Under the pieces are notes generated by a model. It was not told where the DNA came from. It searched no databases and saw only the letters and a list, made by a program, of their open reading frames with translations. 64,000 nt of DNA. Origin: Patescibacteria group bacterium (GTDB lineage Bacteria; Patescibacteriota; Patescibacteriia; UBA9570; JAHJKD01). The DNA lies in NCBI GenBank assembly GCA_043798935.1, contig JAZDOC010000017.1:381-64380 (forward strand), given 5' to 3'. Shown one piece after another: positions 61,189 to 64,000 of the stretch (position 1 is its first letter; the number at the start of each line of letters is the position of its first letter). The position numbers were made by a program, and so were the translations under genes.

Positions 61189-64000
61189 ATGGTCGAGCCA
61201 AAAGATCTTAAAAGAAGAGAACAGCGCCTGTTTACAGAAAAGGAAAAAATCCAGATGCGTGCGGATGTGGAAGCTCTTGATATTGATAAATTAAGAGCGG
61301 TCGAAGGTGTTCCGCCACATATTTTAGATTTTATTGAAGCTTATAAAAGAGGCGAACCTCAAGACACGACTGTCTCGGCTTGGAAAAATGCTGATCATAT
61401 TCCGGAAGCTGTAAAAAGAGATTTGGATGTTAAGGATTTAATTATTCAGCTTAATCGTATTTTAATAGAAGATAGCGTGGCTGAAGATAGAAATCTTTCA
61501 GCTCAATATATGTATGTTCATTATTTAGATTATCTTGATCGCGGTTTTTATTATGCTTCGGAAGACGAGCATGGCTCACTAAAGTTTGATTATGCAGCCA
61601 ATGCCAGTGTCATTAATTTAATAGATGAATATTGCCCCTCAGATTTTTTAGAAGTAGTTTTAAAAAAATTACGCCAACAAGTAGAAGATGATATTGTTGA
61701 ATATTTGGTTCAACAATATGGCAACCGAGGAATGCATAATAGATTTTATCGTGATGATGAATCAGGAGAATCTGCTCTCGCTGGCCAAGTGGCCCCAGAA
61801 CCACCAGACGACCCACAGTCTGCTTCAGAATTAGCCGCCACGCTAGTTCCAGAGCCACCAGCGCCGCGAGAAAGAGAGCCACAAGCTATTAAAGCCACAC
61901 TTCATGGCTATTCCGACACAGGGTCTATGCGTCATTGCAAAGTAGCTATTAATGGTGAAAAAATTTCGTACATGGTTGGTCGTTTATATTTACCAGATGC
62001 GTATGATAAACCTTTAGATTTAAGCGCGCTTAATGAAAAAAAACCATTAATGATTAAATATAATGGTCTTAAAGATGCACGAGGAGTAGTGTTGCCAAGT
62101 AAAAAAGTAGAGGTTAAACGAGACGGTACAAAAAATTGGTTAAGTCATGAATATTATATTGAATTAAATGGTTTGGAAGTAGCTGATGGCTTAGTATTTC
62201 CAGAAGGAGTAATGGATGTTCAATTAAGAGGTCTAAAAACATTACGAGGATTAGATATTCCTTCAGATAGAGAATTTCTCGATATTCATATAGGGAAAAT
62301 ACCCAAGGAAGAGATAAGAGCTTTGAATGCAACATTTAAAGGCACTTGGTTGAAAGTTTATTATTTATCAGAAGACGGCAAGGAAGCACATATTGAATTA
62401 GGAGGTGTGTCTTCAGGCGAACAAATAACTGCATATAACCCGCCACCTGCCGGGGTACCAGCTGAACCACAGCCCACCCCCAAGCCAGCTGCACCGACTG
62501 CCGTCAGAGTAGAAGCGCCATCTCCAGATCAAATCAATCGAGCTAGAGTTGATGTAGAAAAATATTATAGAGAGATATCCGCTGGTAATGGTAAAAATAT
62601 TGTGGAGGAAGATAAGCATCAACGGTTAAGTAATTTAATTCGTTTTTTCAATCAATATACAGAAGATAATTTTTTATTATTAAATGCTCTAGATGGATTA
62701 ATCAGAGCAAGATTTGGTTATTGGAATCAATATGCTCCGGCCGCAACCGCAGCTCAGGTTTTGGAAACAATTAAAATTAAAGCTGAAGCCATTTTACGCC
62801 GAAAAGGAGGATCACGATTTAAATTCACTGAGCAGGATTTAGATCAAGCTTTTGATTGTGATGTTGAAGAGGAAATGAAAAGAATTATTAATGTCGAAGC
62901 TTCTGCAGCCCAAGCTAATGCCGACCAGCATTATCGCCGAGCTGTTCAAGTTTTTGAAGCAGCTGGGCTATCTATTCCAACCAGAGAAGAAATATTACAA
63001 CCCAAAGCTCAGCCAACCTCAGAAATCGCTACGGCACAGGCGGTAGAAGCTACTCCTAAAGTAGTTGGCGGTTCAAGAGAAGAATTAGATGGAGCGGAGA
63101 TTGAAAAAAGACGCGAAGCTGTACAATCAATTGAAAGAGTACTTCAAGATAAAGATACTATTTTACGGCATAAGAATATTTCTGATATTATTGAAAAGTT
63201 AGATAATATAAAAAATCTTTTTACTGATAACGTCAGTTCTCAAGATCCAAAAAAAGCTTGGTTGCATTATCATTATTATCTTTTTCTTTATTGTAAGGCT
63301 GCTTTAATTGTGGCCCCGAACGCACAAACATTAGATAGACAATATTATGCTCAGGCTTTAAAAAATAATTACGATGCAAATCATGATAATTACAGAGGTC
63401 GGATTCCTGATGCAACAGTGAATGCGGAAGCTATTGCACTAATTGCCTTATCGGAATTAGGAATAGATGCGGCCATAGAATCATTTTTCAAATATGCGGC
63501 CTTCATACAATCTACTGATGATCAAAAAGCCGTTGTCAGAAGCCTGAATGCTAAAGTTAAAGAGTGCGTACGGAAAGTTCATCCCGAATGGAAAGGTGTA
63601 GAGGTTGATGACGAGGCTTTTGATATTAAAGACCCTTCGGCTTTACGTAGTTATTTGCAACAGGCAAAAAGACAATTAGAAGCTCCACCAGTAAAAAGAC
63701 AAGAAGCTTTAGCTGCCTCATTATTAGAAAACGGTCAAAAGGTGAAAATTGGTAACAGGGTTTATGAAATTAAAGATGGTAAATTAAATTTGGATGATAT
63801 AGATACACCAGTAGATTTATCATGTATAGAAAATGCAGATAGTTCAGTGACAGATATTTCATTAAGAAGCTTAAGAACGGCTAGGGGACTTAAAGTGCCG
63901 AATAATTGTCTTTTTGTATCTTTAGATGGTTTAACTACCGCCGCCGATCTAGATGTTAATAATGCTCGTTTAGTTTCTTTAACCGGTTTAACAACTGAAA
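61189..64000 (+). CDS. Giant hypothetical protein (more than 937 aa, 3'-truncated by window end) with Pro-rich linkers and a leucine-rich-repeat-like C-terminal segment
   Basis: The frame opens at the ATG at 61189 and, by my manual codon walk, has no in-frame stop through 64000. It is missing from the track only because it has no stop in the window. Pro-rich linkers include PEPPDDPQSAS...PEPPAPRE and PPPAGVPAEPQPTPKPAAP. The end carries LxxLxL-like repeats: DISLRSLRTARGLKVPNNCLFVSLDGLTTAADLDVNNARLVSLTGL. Confidence 0.5.
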   Translation, partial: MVEPKDLKRREQRLFTEKEKIQMRADVEALDIDKLRAVEGVPPHILDFIEAYKRGEPQDTTVSAWKNADHIPEAVKRDLDVKDLIIQLNRILIEDSVAEDRNLSAQYMYVHYLDYLDRGFYYASEDEHGSLKFDYAANASVINLIDEYCPSDFLEVVLKKLRQQVEDDIVEYLVQQYGNRGMHNRFYRDDESGESALAGQVAPEPPDDPQSASELAATLVPEPPAPREREPQAIKATLHGYSDTGSMRHCKVAINGEKISYMVGRLYLPDAYDKPLDLSALNEKKPLMIKYNGLKDARGVVLPSKKVEVKRDGTKNWLSHEYYIELNGLEVADGLVFPEGVMDVQLRGLKTLRGLDIPSDREFLDIHIGKIPKEEIRALNATFKGTWLKVYYLSEDGKEAHIELGGVSSGEQITAYNPPPAGVPAEPQPTPKPAAPTAVRVEAPSPDQINRARVDVEKYYREISAGNGKNIVEEDKHQRLSNLIRFFNQYTEDNFLLLNALDGLIRARFGYWNQYAPAATAAQVLETIKIKAEAILRRKGGSRFKFTEQDLDQAFDCDVEEEMKRIINVEASAAQANADQHYRRAVQVFEAAGLSIPTREEILQPKAQPTSEIATAQAVEATPKVVGGSREELDGAEIEKRREAVQSIERVLQDKDTILRHKNISDIIEKLDNIKNLFTDNVSSQDPKKAWLHYHYYLFLYCKAALIVAPNAQTLDRQYYAQALKNNYDANHDNYRGRIPDATVNAEAIALIALSELGIDAAIESFFKYAAFIQSTDDQKAVVRSLNAKVKECVRKVHPEWKGVEVDDEAFDIKDPSALRSYLQQAKRQLEAPPVKRQEALAASLLENGQKVKIGNRVYEIKDGKLNLDDIDTPVDLSCIENADSSVTDISLRSLRTARGLKVPNNCLFVSLDGLTTAADLDVNNARLVSLTGLTTE

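Overview
AT-rich bacterial window that uses the standard genetic code: long conserved ORFs are intact and stops are TAA/TAG. Genes are compact, with lone or short versions of normally larger proteins and many unknown proteins; by inference this looks like a streamlined, CPR/Patescibacteria-like genome. Most of the window is a long co-directional cluster on the + strand. It begins with rpoB-rpoC. A divergent guaB is followed by a purine and one-carbon super-cluster with three unknown ORFs (798, 442 and 370 aa) embedded in it: a Nudix-fusion ORF, folD, purA, a split class-I fumarase, malic enzyme, an unknown ORF, purC-purE-purB-purF-purD-purN-purH, a kinase-like unknown ORF and guaA. purL, purM and purK are not seen. 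After that come ftsK, a RodZ-like gene and recA. The - strand carries groES-groEL with a clear CIRCE operator and a small membrane/O-antigen-ligase-like operon. A complete folate/pABA cluster follows on +, as folP, a PTPS paralog, folK, folE and pabABC, with the PTPS paralog sitting where folB would normally be. Beyond the cluster are an initiator-like tRNA-Met beside a wHTH-nucleotidyltransferase gene, then uvrA, a frameshifted PP2C phosphatase gene, uvrD/pcrA, secG, a family-5 substrate-binding protein and RNase J. The 3' end holds a structured non-coding interval and a giant ORF of more than 930 aa that runs off the window. Features I could not explain by annotation alone include two families of conserved intergenic elements. 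One is a 25-nt TGAAT-N2-ATTCA palindrome upstream of purB and folP. The other is a covarying bulged hairpin with a TTTAT loop after fumB and purN. Others are palindromes with shared arms, a PP2C gene broken at an A6 run, and a GC-elevated ORF divergent from uvrD. No CRISPR array, rRNA, transposase or integrase was seen.
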